Shown: positions 1 through 7,668 of the stretch, piece after piece
Layout of the letters: each line of letters opens with the position of its first letter
How positions within the stretch are numbered: the first letter of the stretch is position 1
DNA from: Candidatus Magasanikiibacteriota bacterium
GTDB lineage: Bacteria > Patescibacteriota > Patescibacteriia > Magasanikbacterales > UBA922
Length of the DNA stretch: 37,028 bases
Direction: 5' to 3'
NCBI GenBank assembly: GCA_041665025.1
Contig: JBAYJP010000007.1
Coordinates: 1 to 37,028, forward strand
Translations under genes and position numbers: made by a program
The notes under the pieces: generated by a model
What the model was told of the DNA's origin: nothing
What the model saw: only the letters and a program-made list of their open reading frames with translations
Database searches by the model: none

Positions 1-163
1 TATTATTAATACTATTACCTTTAACTATTTACTATTATCTAATTCTACTTATTCATTCTTACTATCTATATCTATATCTTTCTTATTTCTTTTTCTTATT
101 TTTTCTTTTGAATTTTCTTGGTTGGAGAGTGGAGACCGGGTGAGAAGAAGGGTGAGGAGAGGG
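1..163. repeat. Left terminal inverted repeat (TIR/ITR)
   Basis: nt 1-123 are the exact reverse complement of nt 36906-37028. The match continues with mismatches at nt 124, 137, 146, 149 and 158-160, and ends after nt 163. The top strand has no G before nt 110, and a G/A-rich block follows at 121-163. Confidence 0.9.
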
Positions 164-199
164 CCAAAGTTTTTCTAAAAAACAAACAACAAATCCCTG

Positions 200-218
200 C
201 CCGCCGCAAAGCGGCGGG
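200..218. other. GC-rich hairpin between the left TIR and the first gene
   Basis: cccgccgc-aaa-gcggcggg forms a perfect 8-bp stem with a 3-nt loop. It is embedded in AT-rich DNA about 50 nt upstream of the coupling-ATPase ORF. Function unknown. Confidence 0.5.
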
Positions 219-268
219 ACCAATCGGGGTAAGAACATACTGACCATAAAACATATAATTACAATTGT

Positions 269-3007
269 ATGGATAACCAGGTCGGTTACAGCTTATGGGT
301 CGAAATGATTCACCAGATTCCTGACTGGGAATTAACCCTCGGGATTATCTTTTTGAGCCTCATTATTTTAACGATCTGTATATATTGGATCATCCGCAGT
401 AACCAGCTGCGGATTTTTCATGCCTTTGAAAAAATTAAGCTCAAACGCAAAGATATTGATCGGTCACTTAAAGACACCAAATACATTGAAATCATTATCC
501 CTAAAAACTCGCAAGCGACCGCATTTCAAGTACAACAAAAAATACTCAAATCTATCCACTCCACATATATTGACCCGATTGAAGGATCGCATTCCTTTTC
601 TCATACCTGGTATTTTTTCCAAAAACTGTTTCGTCTTCTTAAAGTCTACTTTACGCATCAAGTATTTTTTGGTCTACAAATTTGGGCGCAGTATCCCTTT
701 GTGTCGTTTCGTTTACAAATACCAAGTAGATATTTTGAACGCATTGAAAAAGCAATCTTTAATGCTTATTCTAATGCGGAAATTGTTGATTTAGATAAAC
801 AGGCGGTCGAGGCCGAGTTAGCCAAACACCATAAAAGCTTTTGGTGTTATGGCGAATCAACAATTGAGGGGAAATTTTATCATCGTGTAAAGACATTTAA
901 AGATGTTTCAAGCGATCCCGTCGATTCTATTATTTCCACTATGGAAGGCTTAGAAAAAGGCCAGTTCATGGCCTATAACATATGCCTTTCACCCGCCTCC
1001 CACTTTTTTAACCAGATTATCCACTACTTGCTTGAAGAGCAAGAACGGCTTCAAGCCCTGCCGGAAGAGAAAAAGTCTGGCGCATATAACCGGATGTATG
1101 TCTCGGAACTTATGACGTCATTAGCCACCGCCATGCTTGAAAAAATGAAAGCCTCACTGTTTCAAGTTATTGTCTCCTACTGGGCTATTGCGCCCACGCC
1201 CGACGAAGCGGAAAGCAAGGTAATAAATATTCAAGCGGTGCTGAACGAAGTTAACCAAAAGAACATGAACATGCTCAAGCACCACACTTTGGGCACGAGA
1301 CAAGTCGAGGATATTATTAACAAAAATGAGCTTTCAGGCGTTGTCGCCATGAGGCCAGTACTGAAGAAAATTAAATTTCGGTACTGGCCTTTTTCTTTAT
1401 ATAAAAATTATGGTCAGGTCGTGTCAGATGCTGAACTATATTCATTTTGGCATCTGCCGAATATTACAAGCGAAACCGTATCTTCAATTAAAATTATTAA
1501 ATTCAAAAAGTTGCCGATGAGTCACGAAATGCGCGAAATCTCGGAACGGTTTTTTGTCGGTCTTGGTCACTCTAACTTTCGGATGCAAGAACAAACCGCA
1601 ATGGGTATCCCGACTTGGGAAGACATGAAAAAGCATGTATATATTTTAGGCGGCACGGGGTCAGGCAAGTCCGAAACCCTGAAAACTATTTTGCACCACT
1701 TACTACATAAAGACGAAGAAGAACAAACCGCTTGCCTCATTGTTGACCCCAAAAATGATTTTGCGACCGACTTACTCACCATGATCCCGGAAGATCGCAA
1801 AGACGATGTCATATATTTCAACCCACCGACACAAAAAGAGAAACCCTTGAGCTTTCCCTTCTTTGCGCAGTTCTCGGGCAATAAAACGAATGATGAACGA
1901 ATCGAGTTCCTTATTTCCATTATGAAGCGGTTTGTGCAAATCGACTCAACGTATTCGTGGGGACCCGAACTCGAAAATATTTTACGCCAATTATTTGCGA
2001 CCGCCTATTTACTCCCAGAGCAGTCATTATCTGGATTAGATATTCTCCTCCATGAGCCAAACCAGATTAAAAATATCTTAAAGTACTTACCGCCTCGTTT
2101 ACAAAAATTTTGGACCAGTTCAATTTTAAAGCGCACAGATAATGATCTCGCTAAATATCTCGCAACGACAAACAATAAAATTGGTAAGATCCTGGATTAT
2201 CCAGAATTTATGAATATTACCGACCGGCTGGATACTAAAATTACCTTTGAAGAAATGATTACGACCAAAAAGATTTTCATTGCCAACTTAGGGTCGTGCA
2301 GCGAACAAATGAAAAAATATTATTCCGTCTATTTAACGGCGCATATTGCCGAAGCCATTTTTGGCCAAGCCAGGCTACCGGCCGAAGAGCGTCAGCGGGC
2401 GGTCTTTGTGGTTGATGAATTTCAGCGGGTCGCAAGCGATATCTTTGAAACCTTGTTTTCTGAAGTTCGAGCCTTTAATACTGCTTTAATAATTTCCAAC
2501 CAATTCATGGGACAACTCGATATAAGAATCCAAAAATCTATTGAATCGAATATTGCGACTAAGATTTTTATGCGCACGCAATCGGTCGATGATGCCGAAA
2601 TTGCGGAGAAAATACTAGGCGAAAAAATTAGCGCCGAAGATATTATTAATCTCCCGACTGGCACCGCCTACATTAAGACTCTGGTCTATGGCACGCCACA
2701 AGAAGCCATGTCTATTAACATTCAGCGGACCTTGCACCCGACTGACATTGCCAAAGATACGGAGCGGATATTTATTGAAGAAACTATGGAGCGGTACGGC
2801 ACGCCCTTAGAGGTAATTAAACAAAAGAGGGAAACCACTAATAACATTTATTACTCCTCGGAACGAGAACAGATTTTCTTTGAGCAGATGGGACGGCAGA
2901 CCACTTTTGAGGCAGTACCGGAAAACGAAGTTAAGGTAGAAGGGCCGGTAGCGACGGTAAACGCGTCCACTGTTTCCAATACTATAAAAACTATTTTTGA
3001 CTACTAA
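269..3007 (+). CDS. Type IV secretion coupling-protein-like ATPase (VirD4/TraG/TcpA-type, FtsK-HerA superfamily)
   Basis: 912-aa ORF with an N-terminal TM helix (LTLGIIFLSLIILTICIYWII), a Walker A motif (ILGGTGSGKSETL) and a Walker B-like motif (AVFVVDEFQRV). It is the first gene of a tightly packed operon containing VirB3/B4/B6-like genes. Confidence 0.7.
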   Translation: MDNQVGYSLWVEMIHQIPDWELTLGIIFLSLIILTICIYWIIRSNQLRIFHAFEKIKLKRKDIDRSLKDTKYIEIIIPKNSQATAFQVQQKILKSIHSTYIDPIEGSHSFSHTWYFFQKLFRLLKVYFTHQVFFGLQIWAQYPFVSFRLQIPSRYFERIEKAIFNAYSNAEIVDLDKQAVEAELAKHHKSFWCYGESTIEGKFYHRVKTFKDVSSDPVDSIISTMEGLEKGQFMAYNICLSPASHFFNQIIHYLLEEQERLQALPEEKKSGAYNRMYVSELMTSLATAMLEKMKASLFQVIVSYWAIAPTPDEAESKVINIQAVLNEVNQKNMNMLKHHTLGTRQVEDIINKNELSGVVAMRPVLKKIKFRYWPFSLYKNYGQVVSDAELYSFWHLPNITSETVSSIKIIKFKKLPMSHEMREISERFFVGLGHSNFRMQEQTAMGIPTWEDMKKHVYILGGTGSGKSETLKTILHHLLHKDEEEQTACLIVDPKNDFATDLLTMIPEDRKDDVIYFNPPTQKEKPLSFPFFAQFSGNKTNDERIEFLISIMKRFVQIDSTYSWGPELENILRQLFATAYLLPEQSLSGLDILLHEPNQIKNILKYLPPRLQKFWTSSILKRTDNDLAKYLATTNNKIGKILDYPEFMNITDRLDTKITFEEMITTKKIFIANLGSCSEQMKKYYSVYLTAHIAEAIFGQARLPAEERQRAVFVVDEFQRVASDIFETLFSEVRAFNTALIISNQFMGQLDIRIQKSIESNIATKIFMRTQSVDDAEIAEKILGEKISAEDIINLPTGTAYIKTLVYGTPQEAMSINIQRTLHPTDIAKDTERIFIEETMERYGTPLEVIKQKRETTNNIYYSSEREQIFFEQMGRQTTFEAVPENEVKVEGPVATVNASTVSNTIKTIFDY

Positions 3008-3009
3008 GT

Positions 3010-3906
3010 ATGTTTTTAAATACTATTGTCGTCTCTTTAACGCCCCGAACCAATAGCAAGGCCTACCATGTGCAGATGAATGAGGGCACACTGGAAATCC
3101 TGTCTCTTATTTTTGAATTTAAAATTGCTACCGCCTGGCAGATAACGAGATTTTTAAAACAAAAAGATCGTCTGAATTATATCTACCTAAAACTGCGCCG
3201 CTTGTGGCAGGCTGGTCTTTTAGAGAGTTTCAAAGTTTTTACTGGTTCACGCTCGGGCATGCCCGTCTATTATATGCTTTCAAAGTCTGGGCTTACTGCG
3301 CTCCACGAATATGCGAAGTATGACAAAAATCGTCTTAAAACTTACCCGCGCGCTCAAACCATTTTGTCTTGGAATTCATTCCGCCATGAAGCCGAAGTAG
3401 TGGAACTCGCGAGTCTCGAAGCTAAAAATATTGTGGGCAACTTAAACATATTTTTTAAAGGTGAGGGCGCATCTCTCGCTCGTGAGTTTAAAAGCGACAA
3501 AAACATTGAAGTGCTAACGCCAGATTACACCGTGTATTACTCGGCCTTTGGGGTCACTGAACAAGTCTTCAGTGAATATGAACGAACACCAAAGTCAATG
3601 ACAGCAATGATACGAAAAATTGAACGCTACGTGCAATATGCAAACCCAGACACAAGTGCCCACACGACGCTACGATTCATTTTTCAAACGCCACAAATGG
3701 AGCAAGGATTTTGGTTGGGAATATTTACGAACAAAGCGAGTTGTTTACAAAGATTACGAATATTTACCACGAACCTTAGCTTAATCCAGTCCTACACCCA
3801 ATTTGTTGAACCAATTTATGTGAGTGAGCAAACCGTGAAGGTAGAAAGACAAGGAAGATTAATGGCTGATTTAACGAAACGAATAAAACTATTTTCTTTC
3901 CTATGA
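3010..3906 (+). CDS. Replication-relaxation (Replic_Relax)-family-like protein with N-terminal winged-helix
   Basis: 298 aa, starting 3 nt after the coupling ATPase. The N-terminal pattern (LEILSLIFEFKIATAWQITRFL...LKLRRLWQAGLLESFKV...YYMLSKSGLTAL) matches my recollection of the Replic_Relax family, which sits next to T4CP genes on Gram-positive plasmids. Confidence 0.5.
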   Translation: MFLNTIVVSLTPRTNSKAYHVQMNEGTLEILSLIFEFKIATAWQITRFLKQKDRLNYIYLKLRRLWQAGLLESFKVFTGSRSGMPVYYMLSKSGLTALHEYAKYDKNRLKTYPRAQTILSWNSFRHEAEVVELASLEAKNIVGNLNIFFKGEGASLAREFKSDKNIEVLTPDYTVYYSAFGVTEQVFSEYERTPKSMTAMIRKIERYVQYANPDTSAHTTLRFIFQTPQMEQGFWLGIFTNKASCLQRLRIFTTNLSLIQSYTQFVEPIYVSEQTVKVERQGRLMADLTKRIKLFSFL

Positions 3907-4583
3907 GTAATCTCTACGCCGACATGGTCGAACAAATTATTTTAGAAATGAAAGAAAACTTACCTGAGAAAGAGGAGCTTGTGGTTAGTCATGAGTATTT
4001 TATGTGGTTGGATTTTTTAAAAAAGATTAAACCAAAAAGTACATTATTTATTGCTTCAACTGATTCACACAAAGAATATGACGACCTGAGAGAAATTATG
4101 CTTGTGGCTGAAAACAGTCATTATCCGACTTGGTATATTCAGCCACATTGCGGTGATTCGCTCCTGTCACTCATATATGAAAAAGGTGAATTGCAAAAAG
4201 TGGATTCAGCGTTAGAAATAGATTTGTCCGAAGTCTGGGCAGTACCACGGCACATTCCAGAATTTTCCGGAATAGTAAAAGGCATATTGAATGATAAGCA
4301 CTCATTTGTTGCGTATGATCTAAACACACCCATTAATTTTTTGCAGAAAATGGAATTATTAAAAAATTATGGCTTTACGCCATGTGAGTATGTATTATTT
4401 CCGACAGACAAAATTATGAGTATTACGAGTAGCACGCTCGAAGCGTCACTTCTTAACTTTATCTCCAAATCCCATGCAGCGGGGTTACCGGTCGATGGAG
4501 TAGTTATGGTAAGTGATATCCCACTTGCGCCGGGAAATTACACGCACATTATTTTTAAACCTAAATCACTTAATTCTAATTAA
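3903..4583 (+). CDS. Hypothetical protein; possible degenerate NAD+-DNA-ligase (LigA) adenylation-domain-like fold
   Basis: 226 aa with an ATGA overlap onto the upstream gene. It shows colinear resemblance to LigA nucleotidyltransferase motifs. TWYIQPHCGDSLLSLIYEKGEL resembles TW..ELKLDGLA.SLLYENG.L, IVKGIL resembles EVRGEV, LPVDGVVMV resembles DGVVIK, and IIFKPK resembles A.KFP. The catalytic KxDG lysine position reads H-C-G-D. Coding status is good; the fold assignment is tentative. Confidence 0.45.
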   Translation: MSNLYADMVEQIILEMKENLPEKEELVVSHEYFMWLDFLKKIKPKSTLFIASTDSHKEYDDLREIMLVAENSHYPTWYIQPHCGDSLLSLIYEKGELQKVDSALEIDLSEVWAVPRHIPEFSGIVKGILNDKHSFVAYDLNTPINFLQKMELLKNYGFTPCEYVLFPTDKIMSITSSTLEASLLNFISKSHAAGLPVDGVVMVSDIPLAPGNYTHIIFKPKSLNSN

Positions 4584-4588
4584 CCTCT

Positions 4589-4954
4589 ATGAAAAAATTA
4601 TTTGCCATACTTAGTGGCGTCATTGCTCAACTATTTCTAACATCAGTCACGTTTGCTCAAGCTTTACCGAAGCCAGACATGTCAGTCTGGGAGTCGGACA
4701 AAATGAAGCCGGTACGGGATTTTGCCAATATTGCGATTGGCGTCATCTTTGGCTTAGCAGTTCTTTACGCTGTCATTATGATTGCCTGGTACGGGATTAA
4801 ACTCCAATCAGCCGGTGGCGACCTTATTAAATCTCAGGAAGCAAAGCATGGTCTTAAAGCGACCATTGTTGGCGTCGCGATAACCTTTGGCGCGATTTTT
4901 GTGATCGGTATCATTTTGTATGTCTTAGGACTCGTGGGCATTAAAGATGCTTAA
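4589..4954 (+). CDS. Small secreted two-TM protein, VirB2/TrbC pilin-like
   Basis: 121 aa with a signal peptide ending TFAQA, followed by two hydrophobic helices separated by a short polar loop. Its size, topology and operon position fit a T4SS pilin-like subunit. Confidence 0.45.
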   Translation: MKKLFAILSGVIAQLFLTSVTFAQALPKPDMSVWESDKMKPVRDFANIAIGVIFGLAVLYAVIMIAWYGIKLQSAGGDLIKSQEAKHGLKATIVGVAITFGAIFVIGIILYVLGLVGIKDA

Positions 4955-4965
4955 ACATTAATCCT

Positions 4966-5907
4966 ATGGATGAACATAATATACAGAAAAAACCACCGCG
5001 CGGACCCTTGTTTTGGTTTGACAATATCATCAAAAAATATATTCCCAATTTTAATGCTCGGGCTATTATTTATTTGAGTATAATATTTGCCACGATCATG
5101 TATATCCAAATCTGGCGGTTTGGTGGAGACAAGAAAACTCCTATTCCTGAACAACCTGAGGAAACAGTGGTAGCTGATCAAAATTATTGGGAAAGCGCAG
5201 AATACAAAAATAAAATACAAAACCAGACAGTGGAATCATTTGTAACTGAACTACAAAATTGGCTCGAGGGAAAAGACCAAGAATTCACGAGGCGTAAATT
5301 TGAAGACATGTTATATATTAATGCTGGACTCCGATCAGATACGGGCGGGGACTTGGCTGAGGTGGTACCGGAGAGTTTTAACTATTTAGAAAACCATGCC
5401 AAAGCCCGGTATACCTATGCCAAAGAAAAAGGTTTCTCAAGCGACACGCCATCCCTTATTAAGCTCGGTACACTGGTCTGCAATATTGATGTCAATACTG
5501 AACAAGTAACAAGCGTCGATCTATATGACTGGCGTTATACAGACATGCAGGAGATTTCTGAATTTATAAGAACAAAGCCGGACTGGAAAATGCCAGTTGG
5601 CGATAAAATCTTAGACATTAGTGATCCACAAATAGAAAGCGCAGATATTCTGAAATACCGCAATGCGAATACCCAGCCAGCGGGATTGTACTCCTTCCTT
5701 ATTTTCCATAACACTAAAACTAATACGATGAGTGTGGCAGATAGCGGAATACTGAGCCTTAACGGCGTTGACGCTAAATTAACCTTAGCTCGTATTAGTG
5801 CTAAATGGGATAAACAGCCAAAGATGTATTTTCTGTATGGTTTTGAGGGTTGTAAACAATTGAATGCTTCAACTCCTCCTATTATTCCGTATGGACAATC
5901 TAATTAA
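4966..5907 (+). CDS. Membrane-anchored hypothetical protein (T4SS operon member)
   Basis: 313 aa with a single N-terminal TM helix (AIIYLSIIFATIMYIQIW) and a large extracytoplasmic domain. It has no motif I recognise. A VirB8/TcpC-like role is only a positional guess. Confidence 0.55.
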   Translation: MDEHNIQKKPPRGPLFWFDNIIKKYIPNFNARAIIYLSIIFATIMYIQIWRFGGDKKTPIPEQPEETVVADQNYWESAEYKNKIQNQTVESFVTELQNWLEGKDQEFTRRKFEDMLYINAGLRSDTGGDLAEVVPESFNYLENHAKARYTYAKEKGFSSDTPSLIKLGTLVCNIDVNTEQVTSVDLYDWRYTDMQEISEFIRTKPDWKMPVGDKILDISDPQIESADILKYRNANTQPAGLYSFLIFHNTKTNTMSVADSGILSLNGVDAKLTLARISAKWDKQPKMYFLYGFEGCKQLNASTPPIIPYGQSN

Positions 5908-7201
5908 TGCCGTATTACAACATTACGTTCCAACAATTATTGCCTTAAGTATTGTTATTGGTATTTTTGTCATTGCGATTGCGGGCGTCATTCGTAATTC
6001 CGGTAAGAAAACCGATGTTGCCCGCTCCAATTACATGATTCAAACGGTGATTGTGGGATTGGTTATGCTTTTTATTTCCGGGGCCTTTGTTTTTGCCTTT
6101 CACCAGGTATATGTGAGTCGGTTTTATTACAATGTACAGGAAGATTTGAGAAGTAAATTACCAAGCGAGGGGACCATAAATAACATAGATTTGTTAAGTA
6201 CGGATGTTAAAAATACCTCGATTACCATCAATGATCCCAAATGTCTTTTAGTAGTCGTGGATACGATTGATTGTGTTAAAAAAACCATTAATGACATTAT
6301 TGGGGTTATAATTAATAAACTAGTGCGCGGACTAGGGGTGGCCCTTTCAGATATCTTAGACAAGTTTCATTTTAACTTTTTATTCACCTTACCGACTCAA
6401 GTATTTGATACAGATGCCTCTGCGCCAGACGACGCTAATCAGGCCATTAATTTTGACCGTCTCTTAAAATTAAGCGAAATCATTGGCTTAGCCTGGGTGT
6501 ATCTTTTGATTGTCACCCATTATTTTAAATCCATCCTCTTTGCCCTGGATAATGATTATTCAGCGGATTTTGTGGGGGATCTTGGTAAAATGATTTTGGG
6601 TTTTGCTGGAGTATTTTTAGCGCGATTCATTGCCGAAGCGGTTATTAAAACTGCGGCTGCCTTTGCCACGTTTCTATTTAGTACCCCGGTTGCCAATGGT
6701 TTAATCATGGCTTTGAAATCCCTTTTGTCAGACAATCTTTGGAGTTCGTTTACGGGTTTTAGTATTTCTTTAATTGCGCTTGCACTCTTTGTTCTGGTCT
6801 TCATTATTCTCTTTGGGTTTGTAGTATTTAAAAATGCCAAACGGTATTTTATCTTGCTTATCATGATCCTGCTTTCACCCATTTTTTCTCCCATGCTTTT
6901 CTTTGACATGACCCGTACCATGGGCATGATTTTTTGGAACAAGTTTATTGTGACAAGTTTTAGTCTCGCGTTTGACTTACTCATTTTACTACTCGTTTTT
7001 GTCTTTTTAACGTCTGACGGATTATCTCTCGGCAATCTCATCCTTATTTTAGTTGGTCTGGCGATTGTTGCCGATAGTAATAACCTGGTCCAGCAAATTG
7101 CTTTGGCGTCCGAAGTCGCGGGCTTTCGCTCAGTTGTACGCCGCGGTTTTAGTAGTGGAGCCGGGACAGTTATGGCTTTAAAAAGATACTTTAAATTATG
7201 A
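5891..7201 (+). CDS. Polytopic membrane protein, VirB6/TrbL-like
   Basis: The ORF track starts at 5864, but I prefer the ATG at 5891 (MDNLINAV...). The protein has multiple TM helices in both the N- and C-terminal halves and lies immediately upstream of the VirB3/VirB4-like genes. Confidence 0.5.
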   Translation: MDNLINAVLQHYVPTIIALSIVIGIFVIAIAGVIRNSGKKTDVARSNYMIQTVIVGLVMLFISGAFVFAFHQVYVSRFYYNVQEDLRSKLPSEGTINNIDLLSTDVKNTSITINDPKCLLVVVDTIDCVKKTINDIIGVIINKLVRGLGVALSDILDKFHFNFLFTLPTQVFDTDASAPDDANQAINFDRLLKLSEIIGLAWVYLLIVTHYFKSILFALDNDYSADFVGDLGKMILGFAGVFLARFIAEAVIKTAAAFATFLFSTPVANGLIMALKSLLSDNLWSSFTGFSISLIALALFVLVFIILFGFVVFKNAKRYFILLIMILLSPIFSPMLFFDMTRTMGMIFWNKFIVTSFSLAFDLLILLLVFVFLTSDGLSLGNLILILVGLAIVADSNNLVQQIALASEVAGFRSVVRRGFSSGAGTVMALKRYFKL

Positions 7202-7668
7202 GCGAAGATAAAAAAACGAAAATAGATATTCCGGAATCAATTGAAGGGTATAAACTGACCTTGTTTTGGGGATTAACCACCAAACAAATTATCCTGGTCT
7301 TTATTGCCACCTTATTTGTTGGTTTTGGAATATTTACCTTAGTTTCAAAACAGGTTATTACGAGCATGGTGATGTTTCTTGTTACCGCTCTTGCACTCCT
7401 TGGGATTATTGAGCTTCGGGGCCGGAATTTTTATCGCCATCTACTCTTTATCTTGTCCTATTACCAAACCAAACCTCGTGTCCTTATTTACAATCATTTT
7501 AGCGCGAGCGGCGATGCCCGCGAGCAAAACAAACACCTTATTTATGAAGAAACCAATAACACCAAAACCTTTGTCAGTATTTTGATCGCCTTAGGCATTG
7601 GTCTAATACTACTCATTTTAATCGCTTTATATATCTACCATGTCGTACATACACAAACTACTGCTTAA
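7198..7668 (+). CDS. PrgI-family / VirB3-like small membrane protein
   Basis: 156 aa with an ATGA overlap onto the upstream gene. The N-terminus (IPESIEGYKLTLFWGLTTKQIILVFIATLF) resembles the PrgI-family signature. It is followed by TM helices and sits directly upstream of the VirB4-like ATPase. Confidence 0.55.
   Translation: MSEDKKTKIDIPESIEGYKLTLFWGLTTKQIILVFIATLFVGFGIFTLVSKQVITSMVMFLVTALALLGIIELRGRNFYRHLLFILSYYQTKPRVLIYNHFSASGDAREQNKHLIYEETNNTKTFVSILIALGIGLILLILIALYIYHVVHTQTTA

Noticed and set aside
1-163. The TIR as a pure assembly artefact (fold-back or chimeric duplication of one end).
   Set aside because: An artefact would give perfectly identical arms. Here the inner ~40 nt carry 7 substitutions between nt 124 and 160 (at 124, 137, 146, 149 and 158-160) before the match ends after nt 163, while the outer 123 nt are identical, as expected for homogenised telomeric repeats. 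It still needs read-level confirmation.
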